From NCBI GenBank assembly GCA_963678065.2, contig CAXXVZ010000002.1, forward strand, positions 677,669 through 741,668: DNA of 64,000 nt. The letters run 5' to 3'. Below the pieces are notes generated by a model, which worked only from the letters and a program-made list of their open reading frames with translations, searched no databases and had not been told where the DNA came from. A program made the position numbers and the translations under genes. This DNA is from Treponemataceae bacterium (GTDB taxonomy: Bacteria > Spirochaetota > Spirochaetia > Treponematales > Rectinemataceae). The stretch's first letter is position 1, and every line of letters starts with the position of its first letter. Below are positions 19,089 through 29,242 of the stretch, in pieces.

Positions 19089-19996
19089 GCTTCGGCCTCC
19101 TTCGAGTCGGAGGCTCTGATCTGCAGCCAGGACAGCAGGAGAAGGGCCAGGAAGAGGATGATGCTCATGACGCTCGCCTTGCCGAGGTTGTGCTCGTTGA
19201 GGACCGTGTTGTAGATGGCGAGAGTGAGCACGTTCATCGGCCCTATCGGGGCGCCGCGCTGGGTGAAAAGGTACTGGGTCGAGAAGGTTTTCAGGGTTCC
19301 GATCACGATCATGACGGAGACGAGGGCTATCGTGGGCCGCAGGAGCGGCAGGGTGATGCGGAAAAACCGCTGGATCGCCGAGGCGCCGTCTATCGTCGCG
19401 GCCTCGTTCACGCTGTCGGGGATCTTGCCGATGCCTGTGACGAAGAGGATCACGTAGTAGCCGACGAGCTTCCAGACGTAGACGAGCATCGTCGAAATCT
19501 GGGCCATCGTCGAATCGGCCAGCCAGCGGTGGTCGATTCCCGGGGTTCCCATAAGTCCGTTCAAAAACTGGTTGGCGAGTCCCCGCGGGTCGAACATGAG
19601 GAGCCAGACCGAGGCCGTGACGACAGAGGAGAGTATGGCGGGAGAGTAAAGGGCCATCTGGTAGACGCGCCTCGCCCGCTTCCGCGATGAGACGAGGACG
19701 GCCACGACGAGGGAGATCGTGAAGAGCGGGATGAAGACACCGACCGCGAAGGTAGCGGAGGCCCTGACCGAGTTCCAGAAATCGGGCGAGGCCAGGACCT
19801 TCTGGTAGTTCTGGAGGCCGATGAACTTCGGCGGTTTCAGCGAGAGCAGCTTCTTGTTGTGGAAGCTGGTCCAGATGGCGGTGAGCATGGGGTAGAGCGA
19901 GAAGGTCATGAAGAAGAGCACCGTCGGAGCGACGAAGAACCAGCCCCAGCGCGCCCGGACGCGCTCGAGAGATTTCTTCCTGCCTGTCGTTTTCAT
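19085..19996 (-). CDS. Carbohydrate ABC transporter permease
   Basis: EAATIDGAS..QRFFRITLPLLRP. Confidence 0.92.
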   Translation of the reverse strand: MKTTGRKKSLERVRARWGWFFVAPTVLFFMTFSLYPMLTAIWTSFHNKKLLSLKPPKFIGLQNYQKVLASPDFWNSVRASATFAVGVFIPLFTISLVVAVLVSSRKRARRVYQMALYSPAILSSVVTASVWLLMFDPRGLANQFLNGLMGTPGIDHRWLADSTMAQISTMLVYVWKLVGYYVILFVTGIGKIPDSVNEAATIDGASAIQRFFRITLPLLRPTIALVSVMIVIGTLKTFSTQYLFTQRGAPIGPMNVLTLAIYNTVLNEHNLGKASVMSIILFLALLLLSWLQIRASDSKEAEA

Positions 19997-20152
19997 CGGA
20001 GGTCCTGCCTGTGGCCGTGCCTGTAGTCGAGCCTGTCTATGACGAGGCCGGGCCGGGGCTGCCGGTCCGGCCTGACGGTCGGAAAGCCTGCGAGTGAATC
20101 TCGCGCCTGCGTTCCCCCGGCGTGCCCGGGGAACGCGCCGCCTACGGGACCT

Positions 20153-21457
20153 TTAGTCCTCTTCGGCGAGGGCGGCGTTGGCTGCGGTCTTGAGTTTCTC
20201 CAGAGCCTTCTTGGGCTCCACACCCGCGACCATGACGCTCTCGAAGGCTTCCTTGAGCATGGAGTCGATCTTGGAGCTCATCTTGCCCAGGTAAACGATC
20301 TTGGAGGCGTCGAAATCCTTCGTGAACACGTCGGAGTAGGGCATGGATTTGTAGAATGCGGAGTTCATGAGCTTCTTGGAGGGCTGAACGATGGCTACCT
20401 TGTCGAGGTACTCCTCTCCGTGGGAGAGCATGTAGTTGACCAGCGCCCACGAAGCCTGCTGTTCGAGCTTGGAGGACTGGACATTGACCATGTAGTAGTG
20501 GCCGGAATAGTTCGTGGTTACGCGCCGCTTGGCGTCCTTCCACTGGGGGAAGGGAACGACCATCCAGTCCTTGGTTTCGTAAAAGGCGGGATTGGCCGCC
20601 TTCATGCGGGCTTCCTGGTAGAGACCGGAGATGGACATCGCTATCTCGTTCTTGTTGAGGTCGAACTGGGTGCGGGCCGCCGTGTAGGTGGGCGAGCCGA
20701 GATTCTTTCCGGAAGGACCGAAGTCTTTGCAGTACTGGAGAACTTTGAGCCAGGCCTCGTCGCCGATGATGGCGGTCTTGCCGTCTTTGGAGATGAGCTG
20801 GCCGCCGAGCTGCTCGACCATGGGAAGCATGGTGGTGAGGTTGGCGGCGTAGCGGAAGTCGAAGCCGCGGCGGGTTATGATCTGGCCGTTGCGTTTGACG
20901 ATCTTCTCGGAGAGAGACATCACGTCCTCCCAGGTCTTCGGCCAGTCCTTGTCGGGGTCGAGTCCCGCGTCGCGGAAGATCTTGCGGTTGAGGTAGAGGG
21001 CCATGTTGGTGATCTCGAGGGGAAGGCCGTAGATTTCGCCGTCCTGGGTCACCGGGTCGAGCATATCGGGGAGGTAGCGGTCTGCGAGGTCGGCGGCGTT
21101 CTTCTCGCCGATGATTTTATAGTCGACCGGCGCGACGCGGCCGTTGCCGATGTAGGTGTAGGCGCTCGTGATGGCGAGGTTGAAGATATCCGGCCCCTTG
21201 TTGGCCGCGAATGCCGTGGCCATCGTCTCGGCGATTTTGCCCGAGGGATAGGCGACATAATTGATGGTGAGGCTCGGGTTGGCCGCTTTGAACTCTTCGA
21301 TATAGCGTTTCTCGATGACGGCGCGGTTGGCATCCTCGTGGGTCCACAGGGTGATCTCGAGGTTCTTGCCCTTGAGCTCGGGGATTGTCGGCGCCTGGGC
21401 GATCGCCAGGGATGTCGCCAGGACAATGAGAACGAGTGCGATGATCGGTCGTTTCAT
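20153..21457 (-). CDS. Carbohydrate ABC transporter substrate-binding protein
   Basis: Signal peptide, IYGLP, LYLNRKIFRDAGLDP, PKTWED; GGAGG RBS. Confidence 0.9.
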   Translation of the reverse strand: MKRPIIALVLIVLATSLAIAQAPTIPELKGKNLEITLWTHEDANRAVIEKRYIEEFKAANPSLTINYVAYPSGKIAETMATAFAANKGPDIFNLAITSAYTYIGNGRVAPVDYKIIGEKNAADLADRYLPDMLDPVTQDGEIYGLPLEITNMALYLNRKIFRDAGLDPDKDWPKTWEDVMSLSEKIVKRNGQIITRRGFDFRYAANLTTMLPMVEQLGGQLISKDGKTAIIGDEAWLKVLQYCKDFGPSGKNLGSPTYTAARTQFDLNKNEIAMSISGLYQEARMKAANPAFYETKDWMVVPFPQWKDAKRRVTTNYSGHYYMVNVQSSKLEQQASWALVNYMLSHGEEYLDKVAIVQPSKKLMNSAFYKSMPYSDVFTKDFDASKIVYLGKMSSKIDSMLKEAFESVMVAGVEPKKALEKLKTAANAALAEED

Positions 21458-21613
21458 GCGGTCCTCCGGAGGATTGATCCTGTCGCGATTGTTCCGCCGC
21501 GGGAGCCGGGTCCGGGCGAACCCTTCCGCGCCCTGCCTGCGGGACTTCGATCAATCTTACAGCCCTCCGGTCATTTCTGCAATAAAAAAACGCTGTAATA
21601 AAATGCGGCGTCA

Positions 21614-21638
21614 GGATTTGAAATTGCGTTACAAATCC
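21614..21638. promoter_or_regulatory. Palindromic operator-like site upstream of the SBP gene
   Basis: GGATTTG-N11-CAAATCC with a LacI-like TGTAACG core on the minus strand. Confidence 0.45.
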
Positions 21639-21682
21639 CGTGACAGCGGGCCGTCCTCCGGAAAAGGCCACAGTCCCCGGCA

Positions 21683-23071
21683 TCACGCGGGCGTCGGGGG
21701 CTGAGTCTCTTCTTTTCCTTCGGTCACGCTCCGGAGCCATTTCCTGGACAGGAAGCGCCAGAGCCCCACGAAGGATTTCGCGACTTCTTCCACCGAACAC
21801 ATGAGGTAGATACCCCAGGCGGGAAGGCCCCAGACGAAGGCCCCGAGGGCGGCGAGAGGAACGCCTATTCCCCAGACGCCCAGGAGGTCGAAGAGCAGCC
21901 CGAACTTCGTGTCGCCGCCCGCCCGGCAGATCCCGACCACGAGGTGAAAGTTGAAAACCCTGAAGGGAAAGGTGAGGCCGAGCACGAGGAGCATGGCGGA
22001 AGCCTGGGCCAGGACCGGCGCGTCGAGCCTGAACACGAAAGGCAGCAGCGAGCGCAGGGGGATGAGAAGCAGTCCGAAGACGATCCCCAGGCACGGAGCG
22101 AGGAGGGCGAATCGTCGAGCCCAATCCCTGGCCAGATCGTGGCGCCCCTCGCCGATTTTCTTGCCGATCATGACCGAAGCGGCGCTGGCCGTGCCGAAAA
22201 ACAGGACCATCGAAAGCTGGCTGACCGTACTCGTCACATTGTAGGCCGCGATCGCATCCGTTCCGCTGCGCGCGAAGATGGCGTTGTAGGTGGTGATGCC
22301 CAGGCTCCAGATCACCTCGTTGACGACGACGGGAAGTGCGACCGTGACAAAACGCGAAATCCAGATCCCGCTCCAGTCGACCAGCTCCCGAAGCCTGCCC
22401 GCGGTAGGATAGCGGCGCACATACGGCACGATCAGCATGATGAGAGCCTCGGCCGTGCGCGCCGCCACTGTCGCCCAGGCTGCGCCGACGACTCCGAGGG
22501 CAGGAATCCCGAATTCCCCGAAAATGAGCACCCAGTTGAGGAAGGCGTTCATCCCGAGAGAGACGATGGAGGCCACGAGGGGCAGTCTCACCTTTTCACA
22601 GCTCCGCATCGAGAAACCGAGGATGGAACTCGCCACGGTGGGCAGGTAGCTCAGGGCCGCGATCCGCAGATAGTCCGCCCCGATTCTGACAACCTCGGCG
22701 TCCCGCGAGTAGAGCCCGATGAGGAAGCGGGGTGCCGCGACGGCCGCGACCGTGAAGAATGCGCCGGCAACGAGGCCGGCGGTGAGACAGAGGCCCACTG
22801 TCCTCCGGATGCCCGGAAGGTCGCGCCTGCCCCAGTACTGCGCTATGAAAATCCCTCCGCCCGTGGAAACTCCGTACAGCAGAAGCATGAGAAGGAAGTA
22901 TATCTGATTGCCCAGACCGACAGCGGCGAGCGGCGTGGCCCCCAGCTGCCCCACCATCACCGTGTCCAGCATGTTGACGCTCGACGAGACGAGGTTCTGG
23001 AGGGCGATGGGGATGGCGATCTGTATCAGTGTCGGGACGAAGCTCTCGCCGGACCGCAGGCCGCGGCTCAT
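21683..23071 (-). CDS. MATE-family efflux transporter
   Basis: IAIPIALQNL..S.VNMLDTVMVGQLG, LGVVGAAWATV.AR, RAGGDTKF. Confidence 0.92.
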   Translation of the reverse strand: MSRGLRSGESFVPTLIQIAIPIALQNLVSSSVNMLDTVMVGQLGATPLAAVGLGNQIYFLLMLLLYGVSTGGGIFIAQYWGRRDLPGIRRTVGLCLTAGLVAGAFFTVAAVAAPRFLIGLYSRDAEVVRIGADYLRIAALSYLPTVASSILGFSMRSCEKVRLPLVASIVSLGMNAFLNWVLIFGEFGIPALGVVGAAWATVAARTAEALIMLIVPYVRRYPTAGRLRELVDWSGIWISRFVTVALPVVVNEVIWSLGITTYNAIFARSGTDAIAAYNVTSTVSQLSMVLFFGTASAASVMIGKKIGEGRHDLARDWARRFALLAPCLGIVFGLLLIPLRSLLPFVFRLDAPVLAQASAMLLVLGLTFPFRVFNFHLVVGICRAGGDTKFGLLFDLLGVWGIGVPLAALGAFVWGLPAWGIYLMCSVEEVAKSFVGLWRFLSRKWLRSVTEGKEETQPPTPA

Positions 23072-24126
23072 AGGCGGGGCCGGCACAGGGACAAGGCCGT
23101 GCGCTCCACTTCCAGACCGTTCGCCGCGACCACGGTATCGACGAGGCCGCGCGGGATGTCGTGGCCTCCGGCGCAGGCGGCGCACAGGGCTCCGGCGAGG
23201 GCGGCTATCGTGTCGGTATCGCCGCCCAGAGACGCGCCCATGCGGAGAGCGAGCATGACCTCGTCCTTCGCGAACATGAAAATACCGAAAACGGCCGCGC
23301 AGACGTCGGCCGATTCGATGCCGCTCCCGATGACCCCATAGAGAAAGTCCATCGCCTCGTCCGCGTCACGCCACGCGGGCGCGAGCGCGCGCAGATGGGC
23401 GATGCGGGCTCCGGAGGAGGGGCCGGGAAATCCCCCGGGAGCGAGCGCGGCTCCGCGCACGGCGCCTGCGAGTCCCGCGTCGAGAATCGCGCCGACGCGG
23501 CCGGCAGTGTCAGACGACGCGGAATCGGCGCAGAGAGCAGCATGCAGGGCATAGGCATAGGCCATCGCGGCCTCTATCGCCGCGCGCGTGTTGTGGGTGG
23601 GAAGGCAGCAGGCGAGAACTGCCCTTTCGAGCGCTCCGGCGCCGCCTCCCCCAAGGGCTTCGTCGTCGCCTGTGCTGACGCAGGACCCGGCCTCGCAGGC
23701 CAGCGTCGCGAGAACGGCCGCCGGGCTCCTCATGATGCCTCCGCAGGTCGTACCCTCTTTCCCCGCCTCTCGCGGGTCCGCCCCGTTTTCGATGGCGGTG
23801 AGTGCCTTGAGCGAACTGGGCCCGATGTAGCGCTTCGCGACGGCGTCGGTCTCGCGCACCCAGGCCAGGAGGCATTCCACCGTCGTTTCGGCGCTGATGC
23901 CCCGCGCCTGGTAGGCGTCCAGAAGCCTCCACAGCTGTTCCGTGTCGTCGGTGACCGAGGCGAAGGGCAGCTCGGGATGGGTCCACGAAATCGATGGATC
24001 CAGGATACGGTCCACCAGGCCGAAACGTCCGCGTATTTCCTCCCGGCGCATGAATTCTGTGGGCATTCCCAGCGCGTCGCCGACCGCGAAGGCTTCGAGG
24101 ACGGCGATGATCTTTGTCTGAAGCAT
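23068..24126 (-). CDS. ADP-ribosylglycohydrolase family protein
   Basis: AVGDALGMPTE, VTDDTEQ, GGDTDTIAA motifs. Confidence 0.92.
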   Translation of the reverse strand: MLQTKIIAVLEAFAVGDALGMPTEFMRREEIRGRFGLVDRILDPSISWTHPELPFASVTDDTEQLWRLLDAYQARGISAETTVECLLAWVRETDAVAKRYIGPSSLKALTAIENGADPREAGKEGTTCGGIMRSPAAVLATLACEAGSCVSTGDDEALGGGGAGALERAVLACCLPTHNTRAAIEAAMAYAYALHAALCADSASSDTAGRVGAILDAGLAGAVRGAALAPGGFPGPSSGARIAHLRALAPAWRDADEAMDFLYGVIGSGIESADVCAAVFGIFMFAKDEVMLALRMGASLGGDTDTIAALAGALCAACAGGHDIPRGLVDTVVAANGLEVERTALSLCRPRL

Positions 24127-24174
24127 AGTTCTCCCGTCGAGACGGATCGCGACTGCCGGCGCCGGCAGTCGTGG

Positions 24175-24948
24175 CTACAGCGCCTCGATGAATGCCCGGG
24201 CTTTGGCCAGCCCCGAGTCTACATCGTCGAGATAATAGCGCCAGGACGGCTCGAGGGTCCAAAACCCCTCGTAGCCCTGCTCCCTGAGGGTCCTGGCTAT
24301 GCCGGGCCAGTCCGCGTCGCCCGAGCCCGCCGGGATGTGTTTCATGCTGCCCCGGTGATCGGACAGGTGCATATAGCAGGGGCGCACCGCCGCGATGAAC
24401 TCCACGGGATCTATGCCGGCCTCGAAACTCTCTGTGGTATCGACCATGGGTTTGATCGAAGCCATGCCGAGGCGGGCGTGATAGGCAAGAAGCTCCGCGG
24501 GAATGCCGGCCTGAGTCTTCGGGTTGTGCTCCAGGGCCACGGTGATACCCGCAACCGCCGCACGAGTTCCCAGATCGCGGAGATTGTCCAGAATAGGCTC
24601 CTCGAGACCGGCTGCCCGATCGGCGGCGGAGACAGGGTTCCCCGCGTGGATCACTAGTATCTCGGAACCCATGATGGCCGCCGACTCGACGATATCGCGG
24701 TTCAGCTCGCGGGCCTCGGCCACCATCCCCGGATGGATGTTGTACAGCACGGAGAAAAAAACCAGTGGATAGTGGATCGAAGCCACATGTATCAGGCCGC
24801 GCACCCGTCTCGCGAAATCGGGACGGGTGTCGGCCCTGCACTGCGGCATGAGCTCGGCAAAATCGAAACCTGCCTTCTTCACGAGGCGCAATGCGTCTTC
24901 GGAGTCCCGGGGATACAGGGCGCCCGAGGAAAAGGCAGCGCGTTTCAC
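24175..24948 (-). CDS. Sugar-phosphate isomerase/epimerase (xylose-isomerase-like TIM barrel)
   Basis: VALEH, D, HLSD, H.P.G.G, TLE metal-binding pattern; GTGA overlap. Confidence 0.82.
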   Translation of the reverse strand: MKRAAFSSGALYPRDSEDALRLVKKAGFDFAELMPQCRADTRPDFARRVRGLIHVASIHYPLVFFSVLYNIHPGMVAEARELNRDIVESAAIMGSEILVIHAGNPVSAADRAAGLEEPILDNLRDLGTRAAVAGITVALEHNPKTQAGIPAELLAYHARLGMASIKPMVDTTESFEAGIDPVEFIAAVRPCYMHLSDHRGSMKHIPAGSGDADWPGIARTLREQGYEGFWTLEPSWRYYLDDVDSGLAKARAFIEAL

Positions 24949-26210
24949 GGCTTCATCTCGTCGACGAGTTCGGCCACGGAAGCTTTGAGCGCCTCGGCGG
25001 GACTCTGCTTGCCCTTCTCGAGCCGCTCGAGCATCTGGCCGATGAGGAGGTCCATCGTGCCCATATCGTCGAAATGCCAGTACGCCCACGCGTCTTTCAG
25101 CTGACTGAAGGCGATCTTGTTGAGGGGCAGATCGGCCATGGCTTTCTTGGTCTGGGGCAGGTCGAGGATGCTCTTGCGGACGGGGACATAGCCCGTAGAA
25201 AGCGCGAAGGTCGCCTCGTTTTCCGGTTTCAGGAGATACTTGATCACCTGCCAGACCGCGTCGTTCGCCTCTTTTCCCTTGTTGAACATGGCGATCCCGC
25301 CGCCGCCGAGCGGAACCGAGGCCTTCTTGAAGTAGGGCAGGGCATAGGCGCCGAGGTCGAACTTGGCATCCTTGTCCCAGCGGGCGATGCGCGAACTGGT
25401 AGAGACGATATAGGCCAGGTTCCCGGCGAGGAAGCGCTTCTCGGCGTTGGTGTGCTGGTACTGGGGCATGACCTTGTCGTCCGCGAGTTTCTTCCAGAAT
25501 GTCGCGACTTCGACGGCGTCGGCGCGGTCGTACACGGGGGTCGTCTTGTTGTTTTTCACTTCGACGACGGGGTTGCCGTTCTGCATCAGCATGGCCTTGA
25601 AAAGCCAGGGAGCGTCCGAAACGTCGAAGCCCCAGAAATCGGCCGATTTCTGGATGTTCCCGCCGGTCTGGGCTTTCCTGGCAAGCGACTCGAGCTCGGG
25701 CCAGGACTTCGGAGCCTTGCCCGCGTCGATCCCTGCGGCTTTCAGGATGTCGTTGTTGTAATACAGGATGGGCGTGGAGATGTTGTAGGGCACAACGGCA
25801 ATCCTGCCGTTGTAGGTGGAGTACTCCCACATTCCTTCGAAAATGTCATCCTTGTTGAAGTCCTTGTCCGAGTTGATGTAGTCGAGAATGGTCCAGTCGT
25901 TGTAGGCGCCGGTGTACAGGGGGCCGGCGGCCATGAGAGCCGCGTTCGGATTGGACTTCGCTTCGATGGCCGTCACCATCTTGGTGGCCGTGTCGGCGTA
26001 GCTTCCCGAGTAGATCGGCTCGACGAGGATTTTGTCCTGCGAGGCGTTGAAAGCCGCGATCTGCTTCTTGAAGGCCTCGCCGTTGTCGCCCGAGAGGGCG
26101 TACCAGAAACTCAATTTGATCTTGCCGTCCGGAGTCTTGTCCGCGGCACCCGCGAGTCCGACGATAGAGAGAACCGCGATCAAAGCCAGAAGAATGCTGC
26201 GTCGATTCAT
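24945..26210 (-). CDS. ABC transporter substrate-binding protein (UgpB-like)
   Basis: PYNISTPILYYN.D, APKSWPEL, TGYVPVRKS. Confidence 0.9.
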   Translation of the reverse strand: MNRRSILLALIAVLSIVGLAGAADKTPDGKIKLSFWYALSGDNGEAFKKQIAAFNASQDKILVEPIYSGSYADTATKMVTAIEAKSNPNAALMAAGPLYTGAYNDWTILDYINSDKDFNKDDIFEGMWEYSTYNGRIAVVPYNISTPILYYNNDILKAAGIDAGKAPKSWPELESLARKAQTGGNIQKSADFWGFDVSDAPWLFKAMLMQNGNPVVEVKNNKTTPVYDRADAVEVATFWKKLADDKVMPQYQHTNAEKRFLAGNLAYIVSTSSRIARWDKDAKFDLGAYALPYFKKASVPLGGGGIAMFNKGKEANDAVWQVIKYLLKPENEATFALSTGYVPVRKSILDLPQTKKAMADLPLNKIAFSQLKDAWAYWHFDDMGTMDLLIGQMLERLEKGKQSPAEALKASVAELVDEMKP

Positions 26211-26250
26211 GCTCTGCCTCCCGTATGCGATGCAATACGATGTGATACGA

Positions 26251-27078
26251 TCAGGATTTCATTCCTGTCAGGGTGATCGAAGAGATGAAATGCTTTTCCG
26301 TGAACAGGTAGACGGCGAGCACGGGAACGATGGCCAGAAGCGAGGCGGCCATCATCACCTGGTACTCGCTCGCCGACTCGGACATGAGATACTTGAGCCC
26401 GATGGGCAGGGTCCGGAGGCTCGTCTTGTTGACGACGATCAGCGGCCAGAGGTAGCTCCGCCAGTGCCCCAGGAAGGAGAAAAGCGTCGCCGTCGCGATG
26501 ACCGTGCCTGCGTTGGGAATGATCACGTGCCTGAGGCTTCTGAACCAGCCGCAGCCGTCGATCCGCGACGCGTGCATCAAATCCTCGGGAATTCCCAGAA
26601 AGAACTGGTAGAGGAGAATGATGGTGAAGCCCCCGAAGACCTCGGGAAGGACGAGGCCCGGATAGGTGTCGACGAGCCCCAGCTTGGCGATGAGGAGAAA
26701 CATCGGCACGATGGTGACGACCTGCGGCAGCAGCATGGTGGAGAGCACGAGGACATAGAAGAAATTCTTGAGGGGAAAGCGCATTTTGGCGAAGGCGTAT
26801 GCGGCGAGCACCGCGATACCGACCTGGAGGAAGGTCTGCACGAAGCCGACGACGACCGAGTTGAAGTAATAGAGTCCGAAAGGCACGAGAGCGAACACCT
26901 TCGAGAAGTTTTGGAGCGTCGGCGAGGACGGAATCCATCGCGGAGGATACGTGTAGACGTCGGCGCTGGTCTTGAACGCCGAAAGCAGCATCCAGACAAA
27001 GGGAAATATCATGACCCCGGTGCCCGCGAGGAGGACGGCGAAGGCTATCCAGTTGTTGCGTTTTCCTACCCGCTTCAT
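26251..27078 (-). CDS. Carbohydrate ABC transporter permease
   Basis: LMHASRIDGC, YLWPLIV. Confidence 0.92.
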   Translation of the reverse strand: MKRVGKRNNWIAFAVLLAGTGVMIFPFVWMLLSAFKTSADVYTYPPRWIPSSPTLQNFSKVFALVPFGLYYFNSVVVGFVQTFLQVGIAVLAAYAFAKMRFPLKNFFYVLVLSTMLLPQVVTIVPMFLLIAKLGLVDTYPGLVLPEVFGGFTIILLYQFFLGIPEDLMHASRIDGCGWFRSLRHVIIPNAGTVIATATLFSFLGHWRSYLWPLIVVNKTSLRTLPIGLKYLMSESASEYQVMMAASLLAIVPVLAVYLFTEKHFISSITLTGMKS

Positions 27079-27102
27079 GACTGCTTCCTCATTTTCCGGC
27101 AC

Positions 27103-28011
27103 TCATTCGGCGTAAACGCTTTTCTTGCCGATCCCTTTCTGGATCCGGGTCAAGATGAGGACGAGGGCGAAAAGGATCACCGAGGCTGCGGCCGCCCTGC
27201 CGAAGCGCGATTTCGTGAAGGCCGTCTCGTAGATGTAGTAGACCATGACTGCCGTGGAGTACATCGGACCGCCGTTCGGCGTCATGACGGATATTTCCGT
27301 AAAGACCTTGAAAGAATTGATTATTCCCATCAGGACGACAAAATAGATGACAGGCGACAGAAGCGGAACCTTGATCCTGGAGAAAATCTGCCAGGGACTC
27401 GCCCCATCGATGCGGGCCGCCTCGATGTAGACATCGGGAATGGACTGCAGGCCCGTCAGGAAGATGACGATATCGTAGCCCAGCCCCTTCCAGGTCGAGA
27501 ACAAGATGATGGACAAAAGCGCGGTCCTTTCATCGTTGAGCCACTGCACCGGTTTCACTCCGAAAACCGAGAGAATCTGATTGAAGGCTCCGATGCCCGG
27601 ATCGTAGAACCAGACCCAGATCAGGGCCGAGGCGACGATGGGCACCACGACGGGCGCGAAATACACCGAGCGGAAAAGGCGGCGCAGCGGCATCTTCTGG
27701 TCGAGCAGGATGGCGCAGCCGAGGGCGAAGGCCATGTCGAGCGGCAGTTTGATGAAGGAATACAGGAAAGTGTTCCCTACCGAACGGCGGAATCTGTCGT
27801 CGCCGACGAGAAAGGCAAAATTCTGCAGTCCGATGAAATCCTTGGTTCCTTTGGAGAGGCTCCAGTTCGTGAGGCTCAGATAGAAAACCTGGATCATCGG
27901 CCAGAGTATGAAGACCGCGATGAGGGCGACTGCCGGCGTGAGACATATAGCGGCGGCGGCCACCTCGAAGGTCCCGTAACTCCGTCCTCCGATTCGAAAC
28001 GTGTTCTTCAC
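27103..28011 (-). CDS. Carbohydrate ABC transporter permease
   Basis: YIEAARIDGASPWQ; the GTG start at 28011 is inferred from the RBS. Confidence 0.9.
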   Translation of the reverse strand: MKNTFRIGGRSYGTFEVAAAAICLTPAVALIAVFILWPMIQVFYLSLTNWSLSKGTKDFIGLQNFAFLVGDDRFRRSVGNTFLYSFIKLPLDMAFALGCAILLDQKMPLRRLFRSVYFAPVVVPIVASALIWVWFYDPGIGAFNQILSVFGVKPVQWLNDERTALLSIILFSTWKGLGYDIVIFLTGLQSIPDVYIEAARIDGASPWQIFSRIKVPLLSPVIYFVVLMGIINSFKVFTEISVMTPNGGPMYSTAVMVYYIYETAFTKSRFGRAAAASVILFALVLILTRIQKGIGKKSVYAE

Positions 28012-28073
28012 GGCGGACCCATCCTCTTTGACAGCAAAAATACACTTTCGTGCATGGCGTATGTGACAATCTA

Positions 28074-28101
28074 ATTGTATACCCATTCCCTGATTTGTCA
28101 A
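28074..28101 (-). promoter_or_regulatory. sigma70-type promoter of the ABC-ARH-MATE operon
   Basis: TTGACA-16-TACAAT, with a GTATAC dyad (GntR/HutC-like) overlapping the -10 box. Confidence 0.55.
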
Positions 28102-28310
28102 GCTTTCGAATTGCCGCATCCAAATTCTGACAAAAATATGGCCGTTTGCTCACGGAAAGACTCAGGCTTCCGGGAGGGAAATCCGCTACGACGGCGGAAG
28201 GCCGGAAATACGGCAGCTCTCGACTTCGGTCACGGCAGCCAACGACTGCGGTGCGGTGATCGAGCGGCCCAAGACCTACAAAGCGGCGTTTGTCGGTATC
28301 GTCCCGGAAT

Positions 28311-29228
28311 TCAATCAGTGAGCCGATAGGTAATTTGCATTACTCCTGAAAATGGTTCGGGGAATTCATCCACAAGGGGGAAAACCGACGCGATCAGTTT
28401 CATCGCGGCTGAATCGAGAATGGAGCTTCCGGACGAGCGGTCGAGGGAGCAGTCGAGAAGTTTCCCCTCCCTATCGATGGCGACAAAGAGCCTTACGGTA
28501 CCTTCAATCCCGCGATTCCGCGCAAGAGGAGGGTATACCATGTTCTTTCTGATCGCGGTATCGATCAATTTTTTTCTCTTTTCTATGGACATGGAGGGTC
28601 CGCCGCTCCCGCCATGTCCGTCTCCCTCTGGAGTATTCTGGCTTCCTCCCCGTGGAGGAGATGGTGAGACAGGGTGGCTTGCGCTCCCTTCTGAGTCCTG
28701 TCCGGTATTTCCGCGGCTATCCCCCACAACAGTGGAGGTCGGAGGCGGTTCGGCGCGACCGCTTCCCGATCGGGCAAGCTCCATGGGTGCGGCCTCCGGG
28801 GCAGCCGCGCCGTCTGAAGGTTCAGCTGCATACCTGCTTGTGGCTTCCCCACCTACCCGCGGACCCGATTCCGGCACAGGAGCCGGAACCGGACGCACAG
28901 GCTCCATCTGTTCACGTATCAGCCTGGCGAGATCGTCTTCCCGAATACTGTTTCCGGATATTTTCTCCCTGCTCAACTCCGGAGAAGGCGACGCGAGGGT
29001 CGAACCCTCATCCTCAGGCTCCACCGGAGACTCGCTGCCGGCACTGCCGTTCAGGGCGAGAATATGGACAGACACGGGCCGCTTCGCTGCAAGATTGTCC
29101 GTCGTCGCGTCGACCTGCAAGAGTGTCCAGGTCCAAAGGGTCGCCGCGTGGATGCAGACCGACGCGAGTGCGGACAGCGCGAAACGCGCCCGCCCCGATC
29201 GGTCAGATCCGACCGGCATGCGCGGCAT
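28311..29228 (-). CDS. tonB: Energy transducer TonB
   Basis: N-terminal TM with SVCIH, Pro-rich linker, YPPLARNRGIEGTV...SSG..ILD.AA C-terminal domain. Start uncertain. Confidence 0.88.
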   Translation of the reverse strand: MPRMPVGSDRSGRARFALSALASVCIHAATLWTWTLLQVDATTDNLAAKRPVSVHILALNGSAGSESPVEPEDEGSTLASPSPELSREKISGNSIREDDLARLIREQMEPVRPVPAPVPESGPRVGGEATSRYAAEPSDGAAAPEAAPMELARSGSGRAEPPPTSTVVGDSRGNTGQDSEGSASHPVSPSPPRGGSQNTPEGDGHGGSGGPSMSIEKRKKLIDTAIRKNMVYPPLARNRGIEGTVRLFVAIDREGKLLDCSLDRSSGSSILDSAAMKLIASVFPLVDEFPEPFSGVMQITYRLTD

Positions 29229-29242
29229 ATGACAGGGGCGAC

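Noticed and set aside
20040..20140. GC-rich hairpins after binding-protein genes (also near 40390-40425) as a REP family or ncRNA
   Set aside because: They share no clear sequence and fit ordinary intercistronic stabilising stems of ABC operons.
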